Positions 63,501 to 64,000 of a stretch of DNA of 64,000 nt are shown here, one piece after another. The translations under genes were made by a program, and so were the position numbers. The DNA is from Prorocentrum cordatum (Eukaryota): contig CAUYUJ010000001.1 in the NCBI GenBank assembly GCA_963575745.1, forward strand, positions 1,240,001 to 1,304,000, written 5' to 3'. Under the pieces are notes generated by a model that was not told where the DNA came from, searched no databases, and saw only the letters and a list, made by a program, of their open reading frames with translations. Within the stretch, counting starts at the first letter, position 1. Every line of letters starts with the position of its first letter.

Positions 63501-64000
63501 GAGGTCCCGGCGCTCCAGCTCTCTCTTTCTATTTGGGCTCCTCCTTGGCCTCCAGGGCTGCTCGCGGCAGCTCCCGCACTGTTTCTGCACCTGTTTTCAC
63601 CCACATGATGCTGCACGCAGCCTTGTTGTTTTGCTGCCCCCCCCTGCAGGTAAATGGTGGCTCAGCGCGCACCAGTCCCTCGAATCCGGCGGCGCGAAAC
63701 AATGCATCGTCGCAGGAAATCGCGACCGTGGCCCTAGGCCCAAAACTTTCTGCGGCATTCCTCGAGTTCAATCGGTCCGCGAGAGCCCCAGGGCCCAAAT
63801 CCAGACGACAAAAGCGCCCTGCGTGAACAAAGATGCATAAGTCAGACTCCCCCTCCTTTCCTGTCGACGGCCTCATGGGTGATTGCCCTGACACCGTCAC
63901 GTTGCTGGTCCCATTCCTACGGCGTGGTGTTTGGACAAAGCCGGAGGGATGTCTGGGAAGCTGTCTGGCAGTCCCATCGTGTTACTCCACAGTTGCGCTG

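Noticed and set aside
60600..64000. Possible 3' exons of FTR1 or other genes
   Set aside because: No exon could be placed with confidence.

Overview
Eukaryotic, GC-rich, repeat-dense DNA. The introns are filled with (CCT)n/(GGA)n/(CT)n and use GC/GA as well as GT donors with AG|G acceptors, which points to a dinoflagellate genome (inference). The main discovery is a 22,600-bp cargo-carrying DNA transposon at 5475-28074. It has CCTGGGGAAT terminal inverted repeats that fold into hairpins, subterminal TTTATGACAC repeats and a TA target duplication. Removing it restores an in-frame hAT-like transposase pseudogene (…LAAIEGY|SGCLMAAEQP…). All four recognisable genes inside lie on the + strand: an intronless CMC/Plavaka-type DDE transposase (23175-24977, one nonsense codon), a spliced C5 cytosine methyltransferase-like gene (~11420-12600) and two spliced unknown genes, one with a DSQPVG repeat and one with a ubiquitin-like N-terminus. 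The rest of the window holds a TIR-bounded Merlin/IS1595-like element (33298-36702), a decayed minus-strand LINE (APE-RT-RNaseH, ~47460-53800) and a spliced FTR1-type iron permease gene (56421-58735). Four copies of a satellite-bearing non-autonomous element are scattered through the window (three inside the large element, one at 58850-60586), along with many tandem repeats. Most long ORFs in the supplied track are repeat or GC artefacts.
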